Under the pieces are notes generated by a model, which did no database searches, was not told where the DNA came from, and saw only the letters and a program-made list of their open reading frames with translations. Made by a program: the position numbers and the translations under genes. Shown here piece by piece: positions 48,567-56,339 of a DNA stretch of 56,339 bases (position 1 is its first letter; every line of letters begins with the position of its first letter). This DNA comes from an uncultured Gammaproteobacteria bacterium (GTDB lineage: Bacteria > Patescibacteriota > Patescibacteriia > SBBC01 > CAIJZX01): positions 120,597-176,935 of the forward strand of contig CAZFGG010000001.1 in NCBI GenBank assembly GCA_964518425.1, read 5' to 3'.

Positions 48567-49163
48567 CACCTTCTGTCGGTGGTTCATCGCCTCGCCCAAT
48601 GTGGCTTCGTCCATGTAGGTCACATCCCCGCCAGTCGGAATACCCCGAGCAAGTTGGGTAATGTTGACATTAAGTGGTTGGATCGCTTTTTTGAGGTAGA
48701 GGGCCGTGGTCTCGCCTTCAATGTCCGGGTTCATGGCTAGGATGATTTCGGTAATTTCTTCCTTGGGAATGCGCTGAAGTAAGTCAGCCATGAAGAGTTG
48801 CTCCGGTCCGCGGCCCTCCATGGCGCTGACCGTGCCGCCGAGGACATGGTACAAGCCGTGGTAGGCGCCAGAGTGTTCAATAGCTAGGAGATCCGGGGTG
48901 TCTGTCACGACACAAATTGTTTTTTGATCTCGCTGGGAATCACGGCAATACCGGCAAGGGGATTGCTGGTCGAAATTATGGCAGCGCTGGCAGGTGACAA
49001 TTTCATCACGAAGATGTTCAACCGATTGCGCTAACTCATGGAGACGGCCGGGCGATTGACGGAGTAGCGAAAAAACATAACGCTCCGCTGTTTTCGGCCC
49101 GACGCCAGGCAAGCCCGTTAGGGCCTGGAGAAGGCGGTCAATCGCCGGCGGGTACTGCGGCAT
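48564..49163 (-). CDS. recR: Recombination protein RecR
   Basis: LPGVGPKTAER, zinc finger CQRC...CRYC, Toprim ICVV....D......G.Y.G.YHVLGG. Confidence 0.96.
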   Translation of the reverse strand: MPQYPPAIDRLLQALTGLPGVGPKTAERYVFSLLRQSPGRLHELAQSVEHLRDEIVTCQRCHNFDQQSPCRYCRDSQRDQKTICVVTDTPDLLAIEHSGAYHGLYHVLGGTVSAMEGRGPEQLFMADLLQRIPKEEITEIILAMNPDIEGETTALYLKKAIQPLNVNITQLARGIPTGGDVTYMDEATLGEAMNHRQKV

Positions 49164-49171
49164 GCGAACGC

Positions 49172-49477
49172 TTACGACAACCCGGGCAGATTGAGATTGC
49201 CCATCTCCTTGGCCTTCTTGGCCATGGCCATTTGGGATTTCTTGACGCCACTATTGAAGGCCTCTTGGAGATGTTTTTCCAGATCAGCCTTCTTTTCGAT
49301 CCGTAAGTACTCCGGGTCAACCTGTACACCGTTGACCTGCTGGTTACCATCCATAACAATCTGCACCTTGCCGTGGTTGGCGTCGGCGTAGACGGTTTCC
49401 CCGGCCAAGGCGTTCTGCATGGTCTTGGCTTGACCGCGGAGGTCTTTGTACTGTTTGAGCTTGGAAAACATGGCCAT
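49172..49477 (-). CDS. ybaB: Nucleoid-associated protein YbaB/EbfC
   Basis: The pattern ...MQNALA...V.A....G.V.IVMDG...V..V.VDPE..... is typical of YbaB. Start 49477 sits 8 nt after the -10 element. Confidence 0.9.
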   Translation of the reverse strand: MAMFSKLKQYKDLRGQAKTMQNALAGETVYADANHGKVQIVMDGNQQVNGVQVDPEYLRIEKKADLEKHLQEAFNSGVKKSQMAMAKKAKEMGNLNLPGLS

Positions 49478-49485
49478 AGGAACCA

Positions 49486-49494
49486 ATTCTACCA
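49486..49494 (-). promoter_or_regulatory. Extended -10 (TGgTAGAAT) placed 8 nt before the ybaB ATG (leaderless ybaB-recR operon)
   Basis: Minus-strand motif with no SD sequence. Confidence 0.5.
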
Positions 49495-49600
49495 GGTTTC
49501 GGTCGTAGCAACAACCCTTTTGACATTATTCGTCCCAAGCGATAGGGTATGACCACTTGTATCACTGAACCTTGTTCATACGCGACTAATGGGGGAAAGA

Positions 49601-49837
49601 ATGTCCGAGACAACCGGTGTCCGAATCGAAACAAGCGCGGGTCATCGATCGAAGGCTACGCCACTTCCAGAGCGACTCGAGATCACGCGCCGACTGACGG
49701 TCGTGAGTGGCCAACTGGTCCGAGCCCAGAGCGAGGTGGTTGAGCTGACCCGGAAGTTGCAACGCCAGCGACGATGGTTATGGAGACTGGCGATCGCCCT
49801 AGTGGCCATGATTGTTCTGTACTTCCTGAAACACTAA
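49601..49837 (+). CDS. Small coiled-coil protein with a C-terminal TM anchor, hypothetical
   Basis: 78 aa, purine-rich SD-like GGGGGAAAGA before the ATG, terminator at 49864-49892. Confidence 0.55.
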   Translation: MSETTGVRIETSAGHRSKATPLPERLEITRRLTVVSGQLVRAQSEVVELTRKLQRQRRWLWRLAIALVAMIVLYFLKH

Positions 49838-49932
49838 GCCTCCGTCGATACGACGGTGCACATCCTCGTCACTTCCCGTGGCGAGGTTTTTTATTCGGCA
49901 CTCACTCTCGTCCTGCTTTCATCCCATAACCC

Positions 49933-49961
49933 TTGACGATGTGACCAATCTGTGTTACGTT
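49933..49961 (+). promoter_or_regulatory. Promoter TTGACG-N17(TGt)-TACGTT
   Basis: 17-nt spacing, about 65 nt upstream of ATG 50027. Confidence 0.5.
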
Positions 49962-50026
49962 ATGGCGTTAGAAAAAAATGCTATTTCCAATCACCCAGTC
50001 CGATCGAACAGAGAGGAGGAGGGGAC

Positions 50027-50581
50027 ATGTCCGAGGAATACATCACCCATTTGCGTGGATTGACGGCCCTGATTGCCGGAGGACAAGACTACTACCACTG
50101 GTTTAACGATCTGGACAAAGGTAAAAGCTGGGGAACGCCGGTTCCGCTGCCGAAACATCCATTTGACCTCGCCATGCCTGCCCTGCAGCAAGGCCGCCCT
50201 CCGGTCGAGCTCGAGTTTTGCGGGAATCCTGGAGGAACAGATTCAAGCGTCTCGGATCTCATACGGCAGCTGAGCGGCTACATCAGCCAGGGTGGTTCCA
50301 CGACTCCCCAGCTGCGCGTCATCAGCGTTCAGTGCGATCCCGCGAACCTCTCTCACCACGCAATCTACTTCGAAGCGGGTTTCGGTTCGAACCGATGGAT
50401 GTGCGGTGGGTGCACGGACTTCAGTGGCACAGGCGGCAATGGTCGACGTAAACTCGAATCGGTCTTCCGACTACTTGCTCTGGTGTACGGCGTGGAGATC
50501 GAGCGCGTCGAGATTCCGTACCATCAGGGCAAGGGAGTGGCCCAGCAGATCGATCGATTGGTCTACGAGTACAACAAATAA
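50027..50581 (+). CDS. Orphan cytoplasmic protein, unknown function
   Basis: GAGGAGGAGGGG SD before ATG 50027, with its own promoter and terminator (50598-50634). No family recognised. Confidence 0.7.
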   Translation: MSEEYITHLRGLTALIAGGQDYYHWFNDLDKGKSWGTPVPLPKHPFDLAMPALQQGRPPVELEFCGNPGGTDSSVSDLIRQLSGYISQGGSTTPQLRVISVQCDPANLSHHAIYFEAGFGSNRWMCGGCTDFSGTGGNGRRKLESVFRLLALVYGVEIERVEIPYHQGKGVAQQIDRLVYEYNK

Positions 50582-50665
50582 CTTCAGCTGCACGTTCAAG
50601 GTCGGCGATTACCAAATCCCGGCCTTTCTTTTTTATTCAGGTTGGCCTAAATGTTCCGAAAAATC

Positions 50666-52033
50666 CTATGCTGCGAACTGACTCTCGTCTAGTCTTTCTT
50701 CACGATTATCGAACGAGGCGCGGCGTTCCACGAAGGATAACTTGATCCGACCGGTGGGGCCGTTGCGGTGCTTGGCGATAATGATTTCGGCCAAGTTTTT
50801 CTTGTCCGATTCGAGATCGGGATCATAGACCGCCGGTCGGTAGATGAAGAGCACGACGTCGGAGTCTTGTTCAATCGAACCGGATTCTCGAAGGTGAGCC
50901 AGCTTTGGAATCGGCGGACGTTCTTGTTCAACAGCGCGGGACAACTGTGAGAGCGCTAAGACCGGCACATTAAGTTCACGAGCAATCGACTTCAGGCCGC
51001 GGGTGATTTCCGAAATTTCCTGGGTCCGGTTCTCGCCGGTCCGGCTTTCCATCAGTTGCAAGTAGTCGACCACGATCAATCCTAAGGCTTTATGCTCGGA
51101 TTGCAAACGCCGGGCCTTGGTCCGGATTTCCATGATATTCGCGGTCGCGCTGTCATCAATGTAAATTGGCGCCTCGGCTAAGAGACCCATGGCGTGGCCA
51201 ATACGCTGGAAATCTTCGTCGTCTTTGAGCCGCCCGGTACGCATTTTCCAAAGGTCAATATCCGCTTGAGCGACGAGCAAACGGTCAACAACTTGTTCTT
51301 TCGACATTTCGAGCGAGAAAACACCAACCGGCAATTTCGTTTTGAGCGCGACGTTGCGGGCGATGTCGAGCGCGAGCGATGTTTTTCCGACCGACGGTCG
51401 AGCCGCCAAGATGATCAAGTCGGATTTCTGTAACCCGCCGAGCATGTTATCCAAAGCGGTGAAGCCAGTTGAAACGCCGCGCAAAGCCCCGGCCTCGTGA
51501 TGGAGCTGGTCAATCCGGTCAAAAGCTTCATCAAGGACATCGCGGATATTAATGAAATTTTGCTTGAGGTAGCGTTGGGAAACACTGAACAGCGACTGCT
51601 CGGCTTGGTCGAGCAAAGCGGTGACGTCTTCGTTTTCCTGATAGCCTAAACCGACGATGTCCGTGGCCGCGCTCAGCAACCGGCGGAGCGTCGACTTCTT
51701 TTGGATAATTTGGGCATAGTGTACGACATTGGCCGCGGTCGGGACGGCGTTCGAGAGCGACACCAAGAAACTCCGCCCACCGAGCACATCAAGCTGGCTA
51801 CGTTCTTGGAGGACCGTCGAGAGGGAAACAATATCGATCGGATCGTGACGCTGGTACAACGTCAACATGGCGTCGTAAACCATGCGATGCTTGTCGCTGT
51901 AGAAATCCTCTGGACTCAAAATATCGGCCACGCGGATGATCGCGTCTTTGTCGATCAGGAGTGAACCGAGGGCGGCCTGTTCGGCATCGAGCGCCTGCGG
52001 CGGAGTCTTCAGATTGGGAGTCGCGTCAGCCAT
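50666..52033 (-). CDS. dnaB: Replicative DNA helicase DnaB
   Basis: PPQALDAEQAALGSLL, Walker A ARPSVGKTS, DYLQLM and the RecA-like C-terminal domain. An alternative start at 52042 exists. Confidence 0.96.
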   Translation of the reverse strand: MADATPNLKTPPQALDAEQAALGSLLIDKDAIIRVADILSPEDFYSDKHRMVYDAMLTLYQRHDPIDIVSLSTVLQERSQLDVLGGRSFLVSLSNAVPTAANVVHYAQIIQKKSTLRRLLSAATDIVGLGYQENEDVTALLDQAEQSLFSVSQRYLKQNFINIRDVLDEAFDRIDQLHHEAGALRGVSTGFTALDNMLGGLQKSDLIILAARPSVGKTSLALDIARNVALKTKLPVGVFSLEMSKEQVVDRLLVAQADIDLWKMRTGRLKDDEDFQRIGHAMGLLAEAPIYIDDSATANIMEIRTKARRLQSEHKALGLIVVDYLQLMESRTGENRTQEISEITRGLKSIARELNVPVLALSQLSRAVEQERPPIPKLAHLRESGSIEQDSDVVLFIYRPAVYDPDLESDKKNLAEIIIAKHRNGPTGRIKLSFVERRASFDNREERLDESQFAA

Positions 52034-52042
52034 AGCGCCCAT

Positions 52043-52071
52043 AGTGTACTGGAAAGGCTAGCCCAAGACAA
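52043..52071 (-). promoter_or_regulatory. Promoter TTGTCT-N17-TACACT placed 9 nt upstream of dnaB ATG 52033
   Basis: Minus-strand motif with 17-nt spacing. Confidence 0.45.
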
Positions 52072-52165
52072 CGCCTCTTCTACCCATGTTTTCCCCTCAA
52101 TCCATCCACATTTCGGGGATCAGCGACCTTGAAGGGTAGCGGAAACTTCCGTATACTCATGTCCT

Positions 52166-52714
52166 ATGTCTGTCACCGCCGCGCCAAATGAATTCGTTGT
52201 CCTCGACGTCGAAACAACCGGTCTTGAGCCGGCCCGCGGTCATGAAGTGATCGAAATCGGCGCCCAAAAAATCGTCGGCCGGGATGTCGTCGATGAATTT
52301 GTCCAGTTGGTCAAGCCGACGCGTCCCTTGCCGAGCGATGTGGTCGCTTTTCATGCCAAGAATGGCATTACCCAAGAACTTCTCGACAACGAAGGCCGTC
52401 CAGCCAGTGAAGTCGTGCCGGAGTTGGTCAAGTTTCTCGGCTCGTCAATTATCATCGCGCACAACGCGCCCTTTGATATTGGTTTCATCAACGCTCACCT
52501 CGAACGTCTCGGCCAGCCGAAGCTCCAGAACCAAACGCTCGATACAATCGACATCGCTAAGCGATACCTGCTCTTAGCCAGTTACCGCCTCGGTAACGTG
52601 GCGGCCTATTTCAAAATCCCCCAAACGCAAGCTCATCGGGCCCTGGTTGATGTCATTACCACCAGGGAAATATTTTTTAAACTTATTGAACGCGCCAAAC
52701 AAAAAACGCGGTAA
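52166..52714 (+). CDS. DEDDh 3'-5' exonuclease (DnaQ/epsilon-like)
   Basis: Exo I LDVETTGL, Exo II AHNAPFDIGF, Exo III H.ALVD. TATACT lies 8 nt upstream of the ATG. Confidence 0.88.
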   Translation: MSVTAAPNEFVVLDVETTGLEPARGHEVIEIGAQKIVGRDVVDEFVQLVKPTRPLPSDVVAFHAKNGITQELLDNEGRPASEVVPELVKFLGSSIIIAHNAPFDIGFINAHLERLGQPKLQNQTLDTIDIAKRYLLLASYRLGNVAAYFKIPQTQAHRALVDVITTREIFFKLIERAKQKTR

Positions 52715-52758
52715 CGGAAAATTTCATCATCACCGGGCTTGAAAAATCCCCCGTTTTC

Positions 52759-52767
52759 TGCTATACT
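52759..52767 (+). promoter_or_regulatory. Extended -10 (TGcTATACT) placed 7 nt before ATG 52775, implying a leaderless mRNA
   Basis: Motif followed by a 7-nt gap and no SD sequence. Confidence 0.5.
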
Positions 52768-52774
52768 ACAGGAA

Positions 52775-54997
52775 ATGAAAAAAAACAACGTGGCTAGGCA
52801 CCGTTTTGCGGGCCAGTCGCTCAGTCCACTCTTACCACATGGCGCAGGTCTTCTCCTGCTGGTTTTGCTCGTGGTCGCCATTGTCAGTTTAAGGCAGTCG
52901 ACACCCGTGTCGAACGCGGCTACGGTATCCGCTACCTCGCCGCACTATTCGCATATTAACATTTTAGATTTCGGTCGGGCTGTTCGCTGGCTACCGTATG
53001 GGTCCATCAGAACGGAAGGGTATCGCTGGTACGCGCAACACGTCGATGTTATGGAAACGCAAATGGACAACGCGACCTTTTCGGGCGGCGATACGACCTC
53101 AACGTACATCAAGTCGCTCAACCCGTCGATCAAGACCTTCGGCTACGACTATGATTTAACGATGTGCCAGCACGAGCACTGCGACCACACCCAGCCGCCT
53201 CACTCACTCTTCACGAATTTACCCGAAGAGTACTACCTCCATTTCTCTCAGGACACCCAGGTGCAATTTACTGATCACCTCGGGAACAGCATGGGAAGCG
53301 CCACGATTACTGGCTGTCCGGCGCCCCAACCGATCACCTCGGCCTGCCGCGTCAGTATCTTTATCTGGAACGACAATCGCTGGATCGTCAATCTGAAGAG
53401 CGTCGCTTGGCAGCAGTGGTTCGCCGATCACTTGGTTAACGAGCTGACGGTCAATAGTCTCGGCCAGACGAATCCGGTCGATGGTTTGTTCCTCGATGAG
53501 CACGGAAATGGCATTTCCTTAACCATGTCGATTGGATACAACACAGTCATTACCTCAGGCGGCGGCATTCGTGAGTATGGGGGAGTCGTGCCGCGGGATT
53601 ACAATATTTCCGGCTACGGCAACTACGATAACCTCGATTCATTGTACAACGCCGATGTGGTGACCTGGCTGACCTATCTTCATTCTCGATTGGCCGCGGT
53701 TGGCAAATACGCTGATATTAATGTTGGCGAAGGTTTAACCGAACCGTTTTCCCTCAATCAAGCGCTGGCCCTCAAAGGCGTCCAAACCGAAATCAACCAT
53801 CGGGCGACCGAATGGCGGAACGGGGCAGTCGACTACCAGAAATATATTGACACCGTGCACCAGGTTATCCAAGCCGGTGGATTCGTTGATTTGGCTGGTA
53901 CGTGGTGCGACAACGGCCCACCGCAATATACGGCCGGTAGCTATCCAAGCGCCCCCCAGCGTTTCTTCATGTGGAACCTCGCCAGCTATTACATTGCCAA
54001 GGAATTACCGAGTGAGACGGGAACCGCTTACTTTGATCCGAACCTGTGTATCCAACAAGATTCGGCCACGCCGCTAAGCTTCGAAGATGAATGGCTGAAG
54101 GCCTATGAAACGAACGTTGGCCTGCCCCAAGGCGCCTACACCGTTGCCAAGCAGGGGACGACCAGCTGTTCGCCGATCGGGTACAAGATCTTTTCGCGTC
54201 AATACGATAACGCCCTCGTACTCGTCCGGCCAAAGGATTACTTGAACTGTAATGACTACAGCGACGCCACGGCCGTTTCGGTCCCACTGGCTTCGCCCAT
54301 GTCCAAACTCAATCCTGATGGTACATTGTCGGCGGCTATGAGCTCCGTTTCTATCCGCAACGCTGAGGCAGTCATCATGATGACTCCGCCGGACACGACC
54401 CCACCGGCGGGGGTGACAGATCTGCAGGCGCGAGCCGGATCAACCACTATTTCCGTCGGCGCAAAGAATCTGGCCTTACGACCTTTTGGCGCGGCCTACC
54501 GGGGAAAACTGTGGGCGAAGAAAATACGGTTTAGATCTCCAGACGCGACCTGGTATCTCCTAGCCAACCGAGATCGCTCCCGCACCGGAGCGATCGTTGT
54601 ATATTCCAGCCACGGCAAGCTGGTCAAGACCTTGCGACTGCCGGGCCGGTACGCTACCCAGGGCTGGCATATCGATATTGTCGTTCAGCCAAAAACCTTC
54701 CGGGTCTTCCTGGCCGCCGTGCCAGTCAACGGCGGGCGGCGAGTCCTCCTGTACGAAGTGACAGCCAAAGGGGTGACCAGCCGTGGGAGCGTCGTCATCG
54801 GGAAAAGTGGTCAAGACGTAACGTTGCGTTTTCTCAAGCGGACGTCCACCGACTATGGCTTAGCGGCCATGGTGACCGGTCGGCTGTCGACGCGGGTGAT
54901 GTATCGGTTCGTGTCGGTGACGAAGGGGTTCGTCCGTGACGCGGTATTTAATACAAAGCACATAGTTATTAAAAACAGCTCGCTAGTGTTGCACTAA
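52775..54997 (+). CDS. Large membrane-anchored/secreted protein; possible glycoside-hydrolase-like barrel plus C-terminal beta-rich domain
   Basis: About 740 aa with an N-terminal TM segment (GAGLLLLVLLVVAIV). The central DGLFLDEHG-type motif is reminiscent of GH-like TIM barrels. The function call is weak. Confidence 0.8.
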   Translation: MKKNNVARHRFAGQSLSPLLPHGAGLLLLVLLVVAIVSLRQSTPVSNAATVSATSPHYSHINILDFGRAVRWLPYGSIRTEGYRWYAQHVDVMETQMDNATFSGGDTTSTYIKSLNPSIKTFGYDYDLTMCQHEHCDHTQPPHSLFTNLPEEYYLHFSQDTQVQFTDHLGNSMGSATITGCPAPQPITSACRVSIFIWNDNRWIVNLKSVAWQQWFADHLVNELTVNSLGQTNPVDGLFLDEHGNGISLTMSIGYNTVITSGGGIREYGGVVPRDYNISGYGNYDNLDSLYNADVVTWLTYLHSRLAAVGKYADINVGEGLTEPFSLNQALALKGVQTEINHRATEWRNGAVDYQKYIDTVHQVIQAGGFVDLAGTWCDNGPPQYTAGSYPSAPQRFFMWNLASYYIAKELPSETGTAYFDPNLCIQQDSATPLSFEDEWLKAYETNVGLPQGAYTVAKQGTTSCSPIGYKIFSRQYDNALVLVRPKDYLNCNDYSDATAVSVPLASPMSKLNPDGTLSAAMSSVSIRNAEAVIMMTPPDTTPPAGVTDLQARAGSTTISVGAKNLALRPFGAAYRGKLWAKKIRFRSPDATWYLLANRDRSRTGAIVVYSSHGKLVKTLRLPGRYATQGWHIDIVVQPKTFRVFLAAVPVNGGRRVLLYEVTAKGVTSRGSVVIGKSGQDVTLRFLKRTSTDYGLAAMVTGRLSTRVMYRFVSVTKGFVRDAVFNTKHIVIKNSSLVLH

Positions 54998-55098
54998 GCG
55001 GTCATACTCCAACTGGTGGACCACGTGCCACCTTGTTCTAAATTGGCTACTCGAATCCGAGGATTTCGAGGTGCCGGACATAAATCAGCAAACAACTG

Positions 55099-56211
55099 TT
55101 ACTCGTGAGCCACGTCTGCCTCGCGATTTGGATCAGTCTGCTGCCGTCCATCCATCCTAAGTTGTGCAACCTCTTCTGCGGTCGGAAAAATATTTGGGAT
55201 CACATCGTGCTCATTTACTGCCTTTTCTAAAATGGCGATTGAGAGTCCATCGTGGGCAGGATGTTGGACATACTTTGGAGTCACCATAATCACCGTAGCA
55301 CCAGATCCAGGTTTGTCCTTGTGGTAGTGCCACGCGAAGTTCGTAAAGAACATCGCCGTGCACACGTCAGGGTTTTCTACAGTGTTCCTGCCATATGGTC
55401 CGAGGATTCCTCGGGCAGTTTCCATAAATGCATTCTGGTCGGCGACCGCTTTGTGGTTAGGGGGAAGGTTTAGGTCAACAAATACAACAAACGGCATTCC
55501 ACCCGGGGAATTGCGCTTTGCTTTCGCCAGTAAGTGTCTTATCCCAGAATAGAGCCCTTTTTTCGTTCGGAAGTATATTTCGTGTATTACGCCCGGCCGT
55601 CGTCGGCTCTTAGCCTCAACCGCAATTGAATGTTCACCTTTTTTTGACGTTGCGACAAACTCACATCCATGTCCTTCATGTCTCGTCGTCCACTTGATCG
55701 TGTAACCTGCTCGGACGCACGCAGAGGCCACAGCAATTTCATAGCGCGCTCCTTGGAATTCTGATCTATCCTTGAGTCGAGCGAGCAGTTCGTCTGGCAA
55801 TTGGTGCGTCGTTTGTAAGTCAAACAGATCGCGCCCAAGTGTAAGTAGTTCCGTAATATCACCCGTCCGTGTCGCAGAGAGGACTGGGTTCACTCCATTT
55901 AATGTTTGGGCTCTTAGTCGGTCGTTTTCTTTGAACCATCGCAAAATAATATGCTGCTCTTGATCTGGTAATGACGCTTGCACATTTAACCAATCCTCAG
56001 TAAGTGTCTCCCGTGCAAGAAATATATAAAAGTCATGATCCGTTTCAACTAGGGGCCGTAGCCATACTCGATTCCACACCGCGCGGGCTCGTTGTCCTTT
56101 ATATGCGGCTTGTATCGGAAGTTTGGCAACAAGAACACCATCCGGCAGTGAAGCACGATGTTTTAATATATCGTCAGTTGGGTTTGCAAAAGGAGACGGG
56201 TCGTTCGTCAT
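55099..56211 (-). CDS. PD-(D/E)xK (restriction-endonuclease-like) fold candidate, unknown function
   Basis: The core YEIAVA...GCEFVAT(x9)IAVEAKS fits an E...(D/E)-x(n)-ExK arrangement. TAGAAT lies 8 nt upstream of the ATG. The gene is adjacent to tRNA-Lys. Confidence 0.75.
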   Translation of the reverse strand: MTNDPSPFANPTDDILKHRASLPDGVLVAKLPIQAAYKGQRARAVWNRVWLRPLVETDHDFYIFLARETLTEDWLNVQASLPDQEQHIILRWFKENDRLRAQTLNGVNPVLSATRTGDITELLTLGRDLFDLQTTHQLPDELLARLKDRSEFQGARYEIAVASACVRAGYTIKWTTRHEGHGCEFVATSKKGEHSIAVEAKSRRRPGVIHEIYFRTKKGLYSGIRHLLAKAKRNSPGGMPFVVFVDLNLPPNHKAVADQNAFMETARGILGPYGRNTVENPDVCTAMFFTNFAWHYHKDKPGSGATVIMVTPKYVQHPAHDGLSIAILEKAVNEHDVIPNIFPTAEEVAQLRMDGRQQTDPNREADVAHE

Positions 56212-56284
56212 GTCACGTTATTCTAACTCGGATTCTTCCTTACCATTAGCCGAGATTCGATGTTTTCTGAAAAACTGTCCCAAG

Positions 56285-56339
56285 TGGTGGGTCCCCTGGG
56301 ACTCGAACCCAGAACCCACGGCTTAAAAGGCCGTTGCTC
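56285..56339 (-). tRNA. tRNA-Lys (anticodon UUU), 5' part cut by the window edge
   Basis: The reverse complement reads ...ACGGC-CTTTTAA-GCCGT-GGGTT-CTGGG-TTCGAGT-CCCAG-GGGACCC-A-CCA. Confidence 0.88.

Noticed and set aside
48306-48740. 144-aa plus-strand ORF spanning the RNA candidate and the recR 3' end
   Set aside because: It runs through an intrinsic terminator and then antisense into recR. It has no SD, and its composition looks non-coding.
55040-55075. Possible degenerate copy of the tRNA-Lys T-arm (ACTCGAATCCGAGG versus ACTCGAACCCAGAA) as an att repeat delimiting an island around 55099-56211
   Set aside because: Only about 9 of 17 positions match beyond the heptamer ACTCGAA, which is compatible with chance. 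The observation is kept only as a note under the tRNA-Lys finding.

Overview
The window is a compact, almost fully coding bacterial chromosome segment read with the standard code (TGA is used as a stop). Its content suggests a reduced-genome, CPR/Patescibacteria-like organism; that assignment is inference only. The evidence is no rpmD (L30) between rpsE and rplO, tight or overlapping gene junctions, several extended ribosomal proteins, a large type IV pilus locus and little metabolism. The layout is as follows. (1) 1-9920: type IV pilus locus with pilB, a CheY-like receiver, a degenerate pilT-like gene, pilC, the major pilin, a membrane protein, a GIY-YIG::pseudopilin fusion, pilD and four minor-pilin-like genes. 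(2) 9.9-27.8 kb: housekeeping and orphan genes, including ligA, gatCA, a second receiver, ndk, tRNA-Pro, an acyltransferase, a pyrB-like gene, tgt, rpmB and an M50 protease. (3) 27.8-45.6 kb: the str/S10/spc ribosomal superoperon (rpsL to map), with an extra MYG1-like gene between rpsG and fusA and a 660-nt non-coding spacer between fusA and tuf. (4) 45.6-56.3 kb: ruvX, a GT4 transferase, DUF192, rplU, recR-ybaB, dnaB, a DEDDh exonuclease, a large secreted protein, a PD-(D/E)xK-like gene and a truncated tRNA-Lys. The most interesting observations are these. A 311-bp GIY-YIG cassette bounded by a perfect 16-bp inverted repeat sits inside the leader of a leaderless prepilin gene and rebuilds the peptidase cleavage site. 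Three apparently non-coding, highly structured regions could not be assigned to a known RNA family by eye: about 245 nt on the minus strand after ligA, about 430 nt between fusA and tuf with four GNRA-tetraloop hairpins, and about 500 nt at 48.06-48.57 kb with its own consensus promoter and terminator. A recurring promoter architecture (TGnTAnnnT followed 6-9 nt later by ATG) implies many leaderless mRNAs. No rRNA genes or CRISPR arrays were seen, and the GIY-YIG cassette is the only mobile-element-like feature. All homology calls come from motif recognition by eye; no database search was run.
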